Of a stretch of 64,000 bases of DNA, positions 27,717 to 41,300 are shown one piece after another (the first letter of the stretch is position 1; each line of letters starts with the position of its first letter). Source of the stretch: Bispira polyomma (lineage: Eukaryota); the NCBI GenBank assembly GCA_965649765.1, contig OZ287754.1, forward strand, positions 1,860,001 through 1,924,000. The letters are read 5' to 3'. The notes under the pieces are model-generated. The model saw only the letters and a program-made list of their open reading frames with translations. It was not told the origin of the DNA and ran no database searches. A program made the translations under genes and the position numbers.

Positions 27717-28384
27717 GACAGGGTGAATATGGATATGACTTAGTTTATATGAGATATATCTAGGTGAATACATCTAATGGGTGAAGTTCATATTTTCAGT
27801 TCACGTCTTTATGGTATATTTTATTTACATTACATACTTAATTGATGCAATCAGCCAACAGACACAGAGAGGGTTTTATATGCAGCAAACAATCAATGGG
27901 TTTAGCATACAAAATTCCAATCTATATTAGGCAAACTCCTATATATACATAAATGTGTTAAGCCTGCTCGCAGTTTTATTAATAGACTTATAAATTGTGA
28001 CAATATGGCAGTAGTACTGGTATAAGGTCCAATAAAACTAAGGACAACTTTCTGGGTCTTAGAACCTTTTGGTTATTATCACCTGATTATGACATAACTA
28101 TTGAAATACAACATTTTAAGGGAAAAGAAAAATATTATTGCCAACTTACTGTCGAAATTGTTTTCAGACCAACACCCACATGGGGAGCAATTATAAATTT
28201 TAAAGAACACCTGTGACTGGTACAACATAACAATACAATATTTTAACCTAAATCTTAATATCTAATTTCAGGCGCCTACCACTGCATGCAGAATTTCACA
28301 GATTCAGCTTGACGAAGAATCAACTTTGCCTTACGTCCAAAGACCACAGTAACTTACAACAACCAGTTTTGAAATCTTATTTCA

Positions 28385-29690
28385 TTATTATTAGTATTAT
28401 TAATTTTTAACGTGCTTTGTTGATGCTAGGCATCTTCTAAAGCGCAACAGCAGAGTCGTAAGAAAGGAAGTGGGAGCATGCACGAGAGAAGCTAGGGTGG
28501 GTAGGCTAGATTAAAAAGATAGGTTTTAAACTTTTCCCTAAAACCAATAAGTGTGTCAACGGATCTAAGGTCAACTGGGAGACTGTTTCATATAAATGGC
28601 TAAAGAAACAGAGAGTCTGTTGCCTCTCTTACGGTTACTGAATGAGAGAAGGGAAGCAAGGTAGGTGGGCTGTTGAGTGACTACAGCCTTAAAAGTGGTA
28701 ACATGAATCTTAAACAAAATACGAGAAAGAATAGGCAGCCAGTGTAATTTCATGAGGTAAGGAGTGACGTCTGTGCGACAACCCAGGCGAAAAATAACCC
28801 TGCATAAGTATAGCTTTTTAATTTGAGACTTGCTCCGTACAGAAGAGAGTTGTAGTAGTCGAGGTGGCTGCTCACAAGGGCATTAGCCACAGTTATCGCT
28901 GTGTCGATTTTGTATTCTCTTGATGTCGTGTATATGGTAATAGCAGGAGCGACAGATGTTGGCAATATGAGTGTCGAACAAAAAAGCTGAAGCGAAAGTG
29001 ACATCCAGGTTTTTGGCATTTTTGGAAGGTAGTATGTCTTTTCCCAGCAGGGAAATGGGAAACAAAGATTTTAAGAGTTCACTGTTTTTTTTTGTTCCCT
29101 ATGAGAATGAATTTGGTTTTGTCCGGGTTAAGTTTTAGTTTGGAGTAGCTCATCCACACCTGGACAGCGGACAGACAGTCTGCAAGTAGTTCAATATTTG
29201 TAATTGCGTTTTATGGGTTGAGAGAGAGATACACTTCAGTGTCATCTGCATACATGTGACGTTTTTTCTATTTAGGTGGTCGGAAATTTGTTGGGCTACA
29301 GCTTTCTCAATAACGTTTGAGACGAAGCTGAGGTTTGACACCGGTTTCTAGTTTTTGAGCTGGTTTTGATCAATCTCTTTGTTTTTTTATCAAGGGAGTT
29401 ACATTTGCAGTCTTGAAACAGGTGGGGAAAACACCATCCCGAAGAGAAAAATTTAATATGTTGGTTATGGGTGTGACTAGAATGTAAAGGCATTGATTTA
29501 GAATAACTGCTGGGATAGGATCTAATACACAATATTTAATAGGAGAGGATTTCATGAGTTTTAGAACATCCTGCTCTGACAGTATACGGAAATGGAACAG
29601 GTTAGAAACCTTATATCCTGGGGTTGGAGACCAAAAGTGAGTCATTGATAAAAAAACCCGTCACGAATGTTGCTGATTTTATGGATGTTC
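28385..29690 (-). mobile_element. L2/CR1 LINE, internally deleted, with 3' tail
   Basis: LDPIP, FKTANVTPL, SNLSFVS, YADD-region, ICRSCYYHI and LHWLP fragments, plus an (AAT)n tail; same family as 5752-7580. Confidence 0.85.
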
Positions 29691-29699
29691 GATGTAGAA

Positions 29700-30525
29700 T
29701 TTGGTTTAGGGAGGACCATAACCTTTTGTTATGCTAGTATTCAAACTAATACTATGCATGCTTTCATAGCTTTTCTTGAATACTTGGTTCAGAATGGCTG
29801 CTCCCCCAGTATAATAATAACCATATATCTGCCATAAAACATAAGGCAAGGCAATTATATTAGGATTTGAGTATCTTTGAAAAAAATTCAGTGGCAATGT
29901 TCACTTCCTCCGTTTGACCTTGACCTAAGGGAATTTTTGAAATTCAATACCTTTCACTTATATTAAAGGCTTGTGACATTCTGGATGCCCCCATGTGTTA
30001 GGGCAATTTTCTCACTGTCATTCTTTGGATTTCTCCAAATCTCTAACATAGCTTCACACTCTAAGGCAAAATTTGACCCCTCGCGTCATTTCTTAAGGAA
30101 AGACGTCATTTTTGGCCATCCTGGGGCACACATCAACTTTAAGTGGGCCAAGAACTTACAAGACCGTTCTGAAAGTCATATAATACAAATTCCAGTTTAA
30201 AGAATCATACTCTTTGCCCACTTAAGGCATAAGACCACATCAAGAATATAAACCACTTTTTGTTTTAAAACATCAACCACATGACCCCATTGTGGAATCA
30301 TATGTCAGATCTGCCTTAAGTACAGTGCGTTCTCACATAGGTATCCCACCCAAGGCACATAGTTTCCATACCTTTAGACGGTCAGAGGCTACCTATGCTA
30401 ATTTTCAAGCTACTATTGCTGTTCCACTTACCTTTGCCTCTTCTATTCCCCTCTTTTGTTAGTGTGGTTTCGGTGTTTTTAAATTATTATAAATTTTAAA
30501 ACTTGACATACTTTTAACCCTACTT
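29700..30525 (+). pseudogene. DIRS-type tyrosine recombinase fragment and 3' flank
   Basis: FFGFLQISNI (catalytic R mutated), KWAKNLQD, and SFHTFRRS (HxxR) at 30361-30384. Confidence 0.75.
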
Positions 30526-33500
30526 CTAAATATATATGTAAACCATGATGTTTTTGTCCTTCATGGCCTTGAGCTTTTGTTTTAACACTTTAACAGCATT
30601 TTCTGCTTGACCATTGTTCTTTGGAGAATATGGTGGGCTAGTGATGTGTTTTACACCATTTATTTTACAAAAATCAGCCGCAGCCATGAATGTTGCTGCA
30701 TTGTCTGAGACAATAATCTTGGGTAGGCCAAATGTTGCAAATACTTCACAAAGGGAATCAATGACCCCACTTGTGGATGTGGAACTCTTGATATGCACTA
30801 TGGGCCACTTACTGTATGTGTCCACAATGACTAATGCTTTCCTTTGTATGATGCAAAGTCAATGTGTATACGATCAAAGGGAGAATCTGGGTACTTCCAA
30901 GAATGCAAATTAGACTCTGGTGGTGACTTCAAGTGGAACACACACATCGTACAGTTGCGCACCTTTTGTTCAATACATTTGTCAGTACTCAGAAACCAAA
31001 CATATGACCTTGCAAGTGCTTTCATCATGACAGCACCATTGAAACCATCATGTAGTTAATCAATGATACTATCCCTCAGCTTTGTAGGAATAACGATGCG
31101 TGAGCCCCACAGCAAAACACCTGATTGCATTGACAATTCATGGCATTTCAAGAAGAATGGCTCAAATTCGTGGGTTTGGCTGACCAAGTTTCCACTCTGT
31201 ACTTCCTCATGAAACAAACTAAGCACAGGGTTGCGTCTGGTATGTCTGCATATATCTTCGCTACTGAGTGGAATGGCATCAAGCTTATGCAGTTTAACGA
31301 TCTATCCTGCTTCTTGACGTATCATCAGAGGGTTGTGATAAGTGAGGCAGCGCATCACACTTGGAGTGCTCATGTATGGATCTGTACATTATTGTGTAGT
31401 TTAAGACTGACAAGAACAGTGCACAACCCTTAAACGTGAATCAGTCATTGCAGGAATGGCCTTCTCAGGGTGAAATGTGCTTGAGAGGGGCTTGTTATCC
31501 ACAACTAGGTGCAAATGTCTACCCTATAAAGAGTGATACAGCTTCTTTATTCCCCACACAATGAGTAATGCCTCTTTGTGCAGGTGACTGTAGTTTTTCT
31601 CTGCAGACGTGACAGGTCTGGACAAGAATATATCAGCTTTTTCTGTCTGTTCCAGCATTCTGTGTGACATCACCACTCCTAGTCCATTTGGACCTGCATC
31701 ACAGTGTACATACACAGGTAGAGTCGGACCATAATGAGCAAGTACTCAGTTGCTTGCTTTTTCTCTTTTTGCCTGTTTGTAGGCAGTTTTGTGTGCACTT
31801 GTCCACTGCTACTCTACATGATTCAAAGTGAGGTCATATAGTGGTTTGAGAATTCGTGAGATGTTGGGGACAAAGTGCTGGGGACAAACGTTCCATAAAT
31901 GTGCATTTTGCAATATTTAATCTTAATCCATACGCTTTCAGCCTGGTGAAAACTCGAGATTGTGTTTGCAAATGCTCATCATCATTGGCACCGGTGATGC
32001 ATATGTCTTCTTGTTTCACAATCATATTGTCGATCCCATTCAACACAATTTTGATGTATTTTTGCCATTTTACACTGGCATCAGTAATCCCATAGGTAAT
32101 GTGTTGTAGACATGTAGTGACTTGTGTATCGAGATGCATAGATATTTTCTGTGTTTGGGATCAACACCCAGGTAATGATAGGCTTTAGTTAACTCTATCT
32201 TTGAAACTTTATGTCCCTTGAATGATGCACACAAATCTTGTATCTTCGGTAATGGGTGCTGTTGAGGGATCAGTGCAGGATTTAAAGTTGCTTTAATATC
32301 AGCACAAATGCGAACATCACCATTTTTCTTTGGCACACAAACAATGGGTGATACCTATTCAGAATGTCATATTTTTATATGATTCTTTGAGATTCTAGGC
32401 GGTCTAATTCATCACCAACCTTTTTCTTCAGTGAAAATGGGACTGATCTGGCCTTGATCAATTTAGGTGTACTGCTTGGCTTGAGTGTCAATTTTGCAGT
32501 TAGGTGCTTCTGGTTACTAATACCTGGTGAGAAAAATCTCTTGTGTTTATCAATAAGCTCTTTCACATGGCTGTCAAGTTTTTGTGTGTTGGTTTCTGTG
32601 TGTTATTGCCTCTGAAAAATATGTGGCTTTTATCTCAGCCCAGTTTAGCCTGATTTCTCTCAACCAGCAGGTTATTTGATCCCTTATCAACTATAAACAA
32701 AGACTGTCTCTTGTGCTGGCCATTTTTTGAGCTAAAAACTTTCCCACTAGCATCACTAACTGACCAGAGTATGTTTTAAACATGACTGAAGTGGGTTATC
32801 ATCAGACGAGCTACTACATGACTCTTCATCCAATTTATGTACTTTCTTTTGGCAACGTGGTCTATGTTGATTCTTCGGCTTGACACCTTGATTGACATAT
32901 TTTCTCTTTTGCTTCATGTAAGCTCTCTCAATGTACCCTGTTAGGTGACAAAAGTTACATTAAGGACTGACATACCTGCAAGAGTCTCTATCATGATTTG
33001 TACCATTACACCTACTGCATTGCATTTTTCATCTCATATCTGGGTTTGTTTTGCCTCTGGTGACCACGGCTCTTCATAGCATGTATGCTATCAGGAGCAT
33101 TGAGGTTTTCAGTCTCATTATTAGCGTGCTCGAAGCTAACTTCAATTTCTACAGCACGACTAAAAGTGAGAGTATCATTAGATAGAGTTTTCTTCTGGAT
33201 ACCAGGATTGGCCATGAGGCCTACGATGAATCAAGGTTTTCTGTCAGGGTATTCCCTTCATATCCATAATGGATGCTTAAGTGTTTAGGAGCTGTCACAA
33301 ATTCCAAAACACCCTCTCCATCATTTGTGGAAACGGTAGCATTCGGCAATCTGTAAGGGGTTCGGCGAGAAGTGTCCCTGTAATTCCCTAACAAGGTCAT
33401 TATATGACTTTTCATGCAGTTTATCTGGAGTCACTAAATGTTTGAGCAGTTTGTATGTCTTGCCACCAAATAAAGACAAAAGTGCTGGTACCCTCTTGAG

Positions 33501-33920
33501 GTCACTGATATCATTAACAGTGAAAAAGTGATCAAGTCTTTCCGAATAACTGTCCCAGTCATCACATACTTTGTCAAATGGATACATACGACCAATCTGA
33601 CCGACATACTCAACAGTATGCACTGCATGCTGCACTCAATGTTGTGCATCACGAGAATCTACATCAAACATCTTTTTGTGAACTATTCCTATAGTAAAAC
33701 TCTATATCATGTACATCATAAATATCCATCCATTGATCATAGCATTCATACATATCTCATAGCCATTATAGGATGTGTGTCATATCCTCACCATTGTGAT
33801 GTCTGAGCGGGAATTAAAAGACCTCTTGCTCCATGTAACTATGATTTAATATAAACCTTTTTCCAGGACACTGTGTACATGTGTATGTAATAGCAGTTTA
33901 GGAACCATCTTAATGTGTGT
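30526..33920 (-). mobile_element. Mag-type Ty3/Gypsy LTR retrotransposon, decayed and 3'-truncated (gag, RT, RNase H, integrase)
   Basis: Gag DWDSYSERLDHFF; RT GDVRICAD/HPLPKI; RNase H CDAGP..GLG and EKNYS..KEAL; integrase RIHIDFA, VDTYSKW, SDNA, NGQAE. PBS-like TGGTGAGGAT at 33793-33784 follows an LTR end ...ACATCACA. Confidence 0.85.
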
Positions 33921-33924
33921 TTGT

Positions 33925-36470
33925 ACAGGAAAAAAAATACCTCAAACATTAGTTTCACTGTCTTCAACAATTATAACAACTTATCACCTTTGACCTTTGT
34001 ATTCTGACCTCTCACCTTTACCAAATAGACTTGTGCATAGCATGACTCAATAGGGTCTGCTAGTTCAGTTCACCAGTAAAGTTTTACCTACCTTAATCCC
34101 TGGGGGCAGATTCCACTAGCATTATTCAGTCTGTCTATCCCCCAATACTCCAGCCAATCAAGTAGCTTATCCTTCAAACAACCTACCTTGTAGCTGGGGT
34201 CCCTAAATTTTGGAAAGGAACTAGCAAGTGAGAACGCATACATTTTCCTACCTCCTCCCCTGTACCAAAGCTTTTTAGAAATTTTGAGAATTTACCTAGA
34301 TGATTGTTAGCACATATGTTGAGAAATCGACACGAGATTTATGGCCAGTTTATGACGTAAGTTAGCAAAGTTAGACGCACATTTATGCAACATTTACACT
34401 TAAAAATATCAATTAACTAGATAGCAACACCTTTATGTGGTTTCATTCGGGGTGTCAGATATTGTACGTCTTCAAAGATTTTAAGTCTTTTCAGATCATT
34501 AGACTTTAGATATTGCAGGTGACGGGTTCATATTCCAGACTGTGTGGGGCCAGTTTCTTCTTAGTAAACTACTCTCTGGTGTGGGCTACCTGAGAGGCTT
34601 ATGAGCTCTACTAAGGGGAACCTGTCCCTGATAGGCGATTAGGTGTTTCAAGTCCGGGTTCCTAGCTTTAGTCGTGGCATTTATCATTTTGCCTCCAAAA
34701 TTAAATGATAATAATGGCACTTACAGAGTAAAGGCTTCTTAGTACTGTGGTGATATACACTACAGTGGTTTTTTTTAAGAAACTGTGTTTCAAAACTTTA
34801 AACTAGGATTTACAACAAGGATGGTAGTATAGGCCATACAATGTGGATGTTATAGTTTATGTATTCTAAAATAAAAACATTCAGAGGTTGTGAATGGTTT
34901 GGTTGTCTATGATACATTTTTGGCTTTTGGGGGCTTTTTTTGTGATTGTTGTTAATTCGGCCTAATATATGTCTCAAAATTTTAGTTAGTTGGGGTCTTC
35001 CAAATACACTGGTATTGGTTTGTGTGCCTAGTTATTTTTAGTCTTATCTTTATGTGGATAACGTGTGATGGGTGCTTTTAAATTATTACATATTTCCAAA
35101 CTTGACATACTTTTAACCCTAACAAGAGTAAGGTGTTGATGGCACTATTTCCATCATTAAGATAGATCGATTTATACATATTGGTTAATGCCAATAGGTG
35201 CAATAATGGGGATGTCCCAGATAAGGTGCAATTCTCGGCCGCTGCGCCTGTTTGGGCTGTCTGGGCCCATTTCATTTCCGAACCATTCTATAGCACTAAA
35301 TTTCACGTGATATTGTGTGTTTTTTGACTTGAAATGTTTAGACACTGGTATTTTTGGAACACTGTGTACTATCTTATATTATAGTAACTAATGAGAACAT
35401 TATAATATCAATAAATTATCCAAATTAACTGGACTAAACAATAAACAGGGATATCAAAAATATTCGCTTTTTGTAAACTATTAGGTTAAATATATATTTT
35501 TAATGCACCTATATAGCATTATATAGAATTGATATCTGAATTAAATGAACACACCTTTTTTCAGCTACAAACATTTTGTGTGCCATATTTGCCACAAATC
35601 ATTCAAGAAAAAATACTATATGAACAGACATATCATAACCAACATATGCATGGCTCACATGGCTCACGAAAATTTGAAGGCCCATATGAGCACAAATACT
35701 ACTGCAGCCATTACAATAGTACCCAAGAAAACCAATAAAATCACCTTAGTACATGACCAGAAGCCAACTAAATTAAAAGCTGAAAACACCATAAAAACAG
35801 GGAATCTTACATCACACTAGATTCATCAAAAATAACCATGACCAATTACTTACAAAAAGTAATGTAATCACTACACCAACAGCTAAAAACCCCAAGAATG
35901 TTCAAACCTAACACAAGTTGAACAAAGAAATGTTTTCCATACGAAAAAATCATCAGACAAACTGAACCTGAATGTACTCACTTGTCCAAACAGGACACCT
36001 CAAAAAACAGAAAAGGATCAGAGGTAGTGGAAGAGGCATACTCACCATCCGCACCAGAAATTCACCACAACACGGATGCCTCCAAACCAATCAACCTGAA
36101 TATCAATACCGAAGATGAGGTTGAATAAATACCAATAGGTCTGAGTGCAATGCAAGTGGTTTCCATGGTAACCTGACAAAGGAACTGCACAGTACTTCAC
36201 CAGTACAGATAAGTCTAAAAACTAACTTAACAAAACCACCAACTTTGGTCACACCTAGCGATTACACTGTTTAAGTGTTGAAGATTGTATTTTACAATAT
36301 AAAAACTTTTCACTGTAGTACTGTTTCATAAACACTAGTTTCTCTGTGGCTGAATCTCAGAGCTCTATTTGGTAAACGTGAGAGGTCAGAATGAAAAGCT
36401 CAAAGGTGGTAAGTGGGTCTAATTGTTGAAGACAGTGAAACTAATGTTTGAGGTATTTATTTTTTCCTGT
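33925..36470. mobile_element. Inverted-repeat-bounded non-autonomous DIRS-like derivative
   Basis: ~105-bp imperfect inverted repeats at 33925-34029 and 36364-36470. YR-element terminal motif at 34005-34074. 35078-35120 matches the post-YR flank at 30478-30522. Confidence 0.6.
35545..35820 (+). pseudogene. C2H2 zinc-finger ORF remnant
   Basis: FVCHICHKSFKKKYYMNRHI is followed by a partial second finger (HENLKAHM). Confidence 0.55.
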
Positions 36471-36800
36471 TCACGTTAGTTCATAAATTTATTTACAAGT
36501 AAGGTTAAAGGTATACAAATAAAGTTAAGTGAGTGTTAGTCAGCTAAGGCTTGACTTGATATATATGTATGATAATATATATATTTCGACTCTTTCTGCT
36601 GGAAGCAATCTCAGAGGTTACAGATTTATCTGATTTGTCCCCTAAGGTAGGTTTTTCTGCCCCGGTGGTTAGGAGGGTTGCCCCGGTCCCCTGTGGGAGG
36701 CAATTGGGCTATTTTCAAATACTACTAGAACACATATAAATCATCATAAATAACAATACAAATCACTAGGTCTTGATCATTAATGCTGGAGTACATATAT

Positions 36801-37077
36801 TGTGGTGAGAAGCCCGGGTCGGGGCAGCAAGCCGCGATCCGGGGTTTAGTACGTCCCCAAAGTTCTACCGATGGCGTAAGCTGTGAACCGGAAGCAACAG
36901 TCTTCGCGTCCATCTTTGAACCAACCACACTGGTCACAACAAATATATTCGAAGACGTATTTGGGCTGTCCCCACAGGCCAGATACAGCCATTTATACAG
37001 ATTACAGTGAGTAGACTGTCATCTACAGTTAAGAGACTGGTATCCTGAATTCTCTCAGGGTAAGTGGACAAATTACA
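36801..37077 (+). repeat. 5' LTR (277 bp)
   Basis: TGTGGTGAGAAG...AATTACA; direct repeat of 45267-45556. Confidence 0.93.
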
Positions 37078-37082
37078 ATATT

Positions 37083-37094
37083 TGGACCAGAAGT
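37083..37094 (+). promoter_or_regulatory. Putative primer-binding site (tRNA-Leu-like)
   Basis: TGGACCAGAAGT lies 5 nt after the LTR end and resembles the complement of a tRNA-Leu 3' end (TGGTACCAGAAGT), missing one base. Confidence 0.5.
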
Positions 37095-38362
37095 AAATTG
37101 GCGCGGATTTTGTGCCAAATTTACAACTGGGAATCAAGTTGTGATAAATACACCATATATATAATTTTATATAGAGTTGATTAGCATTGTAATTTATTTT
37201 GATAGAAATATTTAGTGTTTTTTTCGTACATCATATTACCATGATTTGGCGGTTTTTTCGTACATCAAATTACCATGATTACACTGCTAATATCAAAATA
37301 ATAATATTATTTGTGTTTTTTAATGTAAAAAAAAAAAAAAAAAAGTTACAGTGTGTGGTTACTGTAATTAATCATACTGTCATTTCTGTCCATAGTATTG
37401 TGTGGAGTATTATATTAAAAATAAATTAATGTCCATGCTATTGTGTGAAATATTGAATTAAGAAGTAAATTAATGTGAATTAGTGTAGTGATACTGATTC
37501 AAAAATATTGATAAATAGTCGACAGATTGTGACATCACTGGTTTATGGTCACATAAATACTTGTTATTGAAACTGTTATTTTGCTTTGAATATGTAATTT
37601 GAAGCACAGTTATTGGTATCGAGTCACTGTCGGCAGATATTTGATTGGTGAAAAACAGTGACATTTGAAGTAATTGTGTTCAAATTACTTGGTTATAGTA
37701 GTTGCATATAAACAGTGCAATTTAGTAACTGTTAGATAAAGTGCAGTTACATAGAGATTATGTAATTTGGTAGCTGTCGATATATAGTGCAGAAACGTAG
37801 ACATTGCATAATTTAGTAGCTGTGAATGTTAAACTGAAAGGAATTGGTAGGATTTAATCAGCAAGATATTTTTTTTATCGCACAGTTGCATAAATATTGT
37901 GAAATTTATTGACATTGAATTTAAATTAAATATTAATATATATATTTGAAAAGTTGCCATATATTTGTCATATATTTGAATATTACTTTATTCAAGAATT
38001 ACTAACCTGTGCTAGTTAAGATCCCTATCACAGATATTTGGTTAGTTTGGAAAAATAATTAAAATTTAGGCAACTATATTTGTCAGAAAAAGAAAATACA
38101 TTTCTGATAATTTTATGTTTGGCTTCAAATAATTGCATAAAATAATAGCAATTTAAAATATATTGAAAATTAAAATTGTTTAGAAACCAAATTATAGTGT
38201 TGCACTAAATTTGTGAATCATAATAATTGATTTGCATGAACATCAAATAAATTAGTGTATAACAACTCTATGAATAGTTAAGTTGCATGTTAATGTAATT
38301 TGCTGACTGTAAGTTAATAAGAATTTTCAGGAAGCAGAAAGCTGGAAGCTGTTAATTAAGCG

Positions 38363-41300
38363 ATGTTGACCTCAGGAATAGTGACATTTTCGGTAAGCTC
38401 TGAAACCTGTACAGAGTTAAAAAAATCAGAGTTGTCAAGTATTGATGAAGATAGTGACTTGGAGGATTCATAGAAGTGTCATGTTGATTCGGTGGCACAG
38501 GGACTTATCGCATCAGGTGGTCTAGTTGAAGGATCTTTGTTTCAATTGTCACCAAAGAAGGAAGTCGTCACATCAGGTGATGGACAGCAGGATGTGGTCA
38601 AGTCAGTGGGTGTCGAGTCACAATTGGACATCATGGCAAGTAAACTTGATGTTACTGAAAAGTCATTAGAAGTAGTAAACAAAAAGACTGAGTCATTAGA
38701 TGTCATGATGGCAGATTGTATCAAAACATTGTCAGGCTTAGGTATCAAGGTGGATATAAGCGCTGAGGTAGCTTGGAAAAAGTTTGAGGAAATGAAGGTG
38801 GAATTTGGTGTCGCCATTAAACCAGTCACTGACAAATGTGATATGGTGGAAGGTGAGGTTGTCAAATTGGGCCAAAAGGTGGAGAAAAGCCAAAAAGGGG
38901 TTCAGGATAAATTGGCCTGCACTGACGGACAAATTAGTCATCTTCAACAGAAAGTGGCTACAGGAGAGAAGGACTTGGATGACATTAAATTGCACATCCA
39001 GACAACGGAAGAGAAAGTAGAAGGTGTACAGCAAGAAGTACAAAATCTTGATGTTAAAGTGACCCAGGTTAGACACGAAACTACCCATCAGCTGTCTACT
39101 ATGAAATAGGAAGTCAGTGTCGTTTCATCAGACATTAGATCCACCGCAAGGGAGGTTCATGAAGTGAAATCAGAAGTGGGTACCAAAGTTAATATCTTGC
39201 AGAAAGACTTAAGTGTTGTAAAGATGTTCGCCCAGTCTGCTAAAGAGGAGACAGACCATATCAAATCAGAACTTTATCAGCACGTTGCATCAAGCAAATC
39301 TGACGTTCTCGCGCTGGATGCCAGCATTCAAAGGGTTCAAATGGATTCAATGAATGATATTCAGAAAACCCAGAGTTATATGCAAAGTAACACTCAGCAA
39401 ATTGTGGGACTCCGAAAGGACATGGGTGGCATTTCTGTGCGCATTCTGCCCACGGAACAGAAGGTCAATGACCTGGGAACTAAACTAGAAAGTCAGGAAT
39501 TCACATTAGATCCAAATTTTGCGAACCTGAAGCAAGATGTTGGTGTTTTAAAACAGGATGTGGATAACCTTAAATCTCGAACATACACACCTTTTACTGA
39601 TGCCGTGGCAACACAAAGTCCCGAGTGTAATTCTCTACAAGAGGATCTCAATAAATCTCTTCAGGAATTATCTGATTTGAAAACAGAGCGTGATTCTGTC
39701 GTGGAACGCTTTCTACTGGAGAAGGAAGCGCAAATAAAACGTGTGCAGCAACTACAAGGAGCTAGAAGTGATATGGTTGCAAGAGCTGGACAGCTTGTTC
39801 AGCAGAAACAGGCATTCGAGGAGGATATTCTTCGCGAAGAGGCTAAAGTGGTTTGCAATTGGATGACAGCTGGTGTTACAGAACTGAAACAAAAACATGG
39901 GGTGGACTTTACATTACCATCGGTATGGCAAAAGGACTTGGAGTGGACTGGGTATGAGCTACCATTATCAATGACTCAAGTAAAGCCAGTCAGTACACCT
40001 CATCCACAGCTCAGTGTTCCAGGTAATCTGTCATCCACACCTGTAATTGAAGCGGTTTACAAAAAGATGTTTAATGAAAGAACAGTTAATTCACGTTATG
40101 TTAGAGGGGACAGGAAGTCGTATGAACGACCTGCTGTAAACAGGACATCCGGCAAGAAATCACATCCTACCAAACCCCCAGTTACCAACGTAACGTTTGA
40201 CTTTGAAGGTGATGATGCTTCTAGTTCAACAGGAAGTGAAGCAGAGAGGTCATCAGTTGCAGCACGTCACACTGGCACATCTCCAGTAGTTCGAAATGTC
40301 AGACATCAAGGAAGCTTAAACGTTCCTAAACTCACTTTCTCAGGGGAGTACTGGAGAGGTTTCATTGGACAATTTGAAACGTATGCCAGGAACATGCCAT
40401 GGACAGAGGCCAACAAGATTGACGCTTTTTCCATGTGTCTGAGGAAAGAAGCTTCGGAGTACTTTAGCATCCTATCTGCTCAAGCAAGAGGTAGTTTCGA
40501 GGAAATCAAAACGAAATTTGAAGCTCATTTTGAGAAAACAGATATTCCCAGTACTATTAGATGGGAGTTACTTGCAGTGGAGCAAAGGGAGGATGAATCA
40601 TTAGAAAGGTTTTTATCCAGACTCCAGAAAATGATCATCAGCGCATATCCAGATGCAGCTCAGCAGCAGTTGAATTGTGCGATGTCTATTGAAGCTTTCT
40701 TGAAAGGTTGTAGAGACAAGCATTCCGCGTTAGCAGCTGGTACAAAGTCTCCTTTGACATTAGAGGAAGCCTTCAAGTATGTGAAACAGGAACAGCATAT
40801 GAGGAGGGCCATATATGGTAAAAAGGCATCTGCCAAGATGGTACAGCAATTTCGATTTGAATCAGATAGTTCAGATGGGGATGTTGCTGTAAATATCAAG
40901 GCCAGGCAAGTTACTCCTATGAATAACTTTGATGTGAAACTGAAAGTTCAGTTTGCCGATCAATCGTCTCTGGAAAGTAAAGTGGATCGACTAGAGAGGA
41001 CTTTAAGTGAGTTAGTTCGTAGAATGAACCGTTCACCACCCAGGACTCAACAGCAATCAAGTTTCAATCAAATAACTTGTTTTGAGTGTGGTTATAGGGG
41101 ACATTTTGCATGAGATTTTCCTAGGAGAGGATACTCACAAGGGAGTCCAAGGGCGAATGGTGCCAGGTCCGGGCATCATGATGGTCAATATAACCGAGGT
41201 GATAACTACAGTTATGATGATCCTGAAGGACGTCGTAGAGAACAGCCAAGTTATTACAGCCCTAATAGGTCCACATATAGCCCAGGCAGGCGTAGATATA

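Larger units (their letters stand above)
19070..27880 (+). repeat. Old segmental duplication, copy B
   Basis: Paralogous blocks as listed for copy A. Carries the L1/Tx1 and L2 insertions that copy A lacks. Confidence 0.8.

Noticed and set aside
3200-28300. Numerous 60-120 aa ORFs in AT-rich regions
   Set aside because: They have low-complexity I/F/L/Y composition and no motifs, and the reading frames are not preserved between the duplicated copies.
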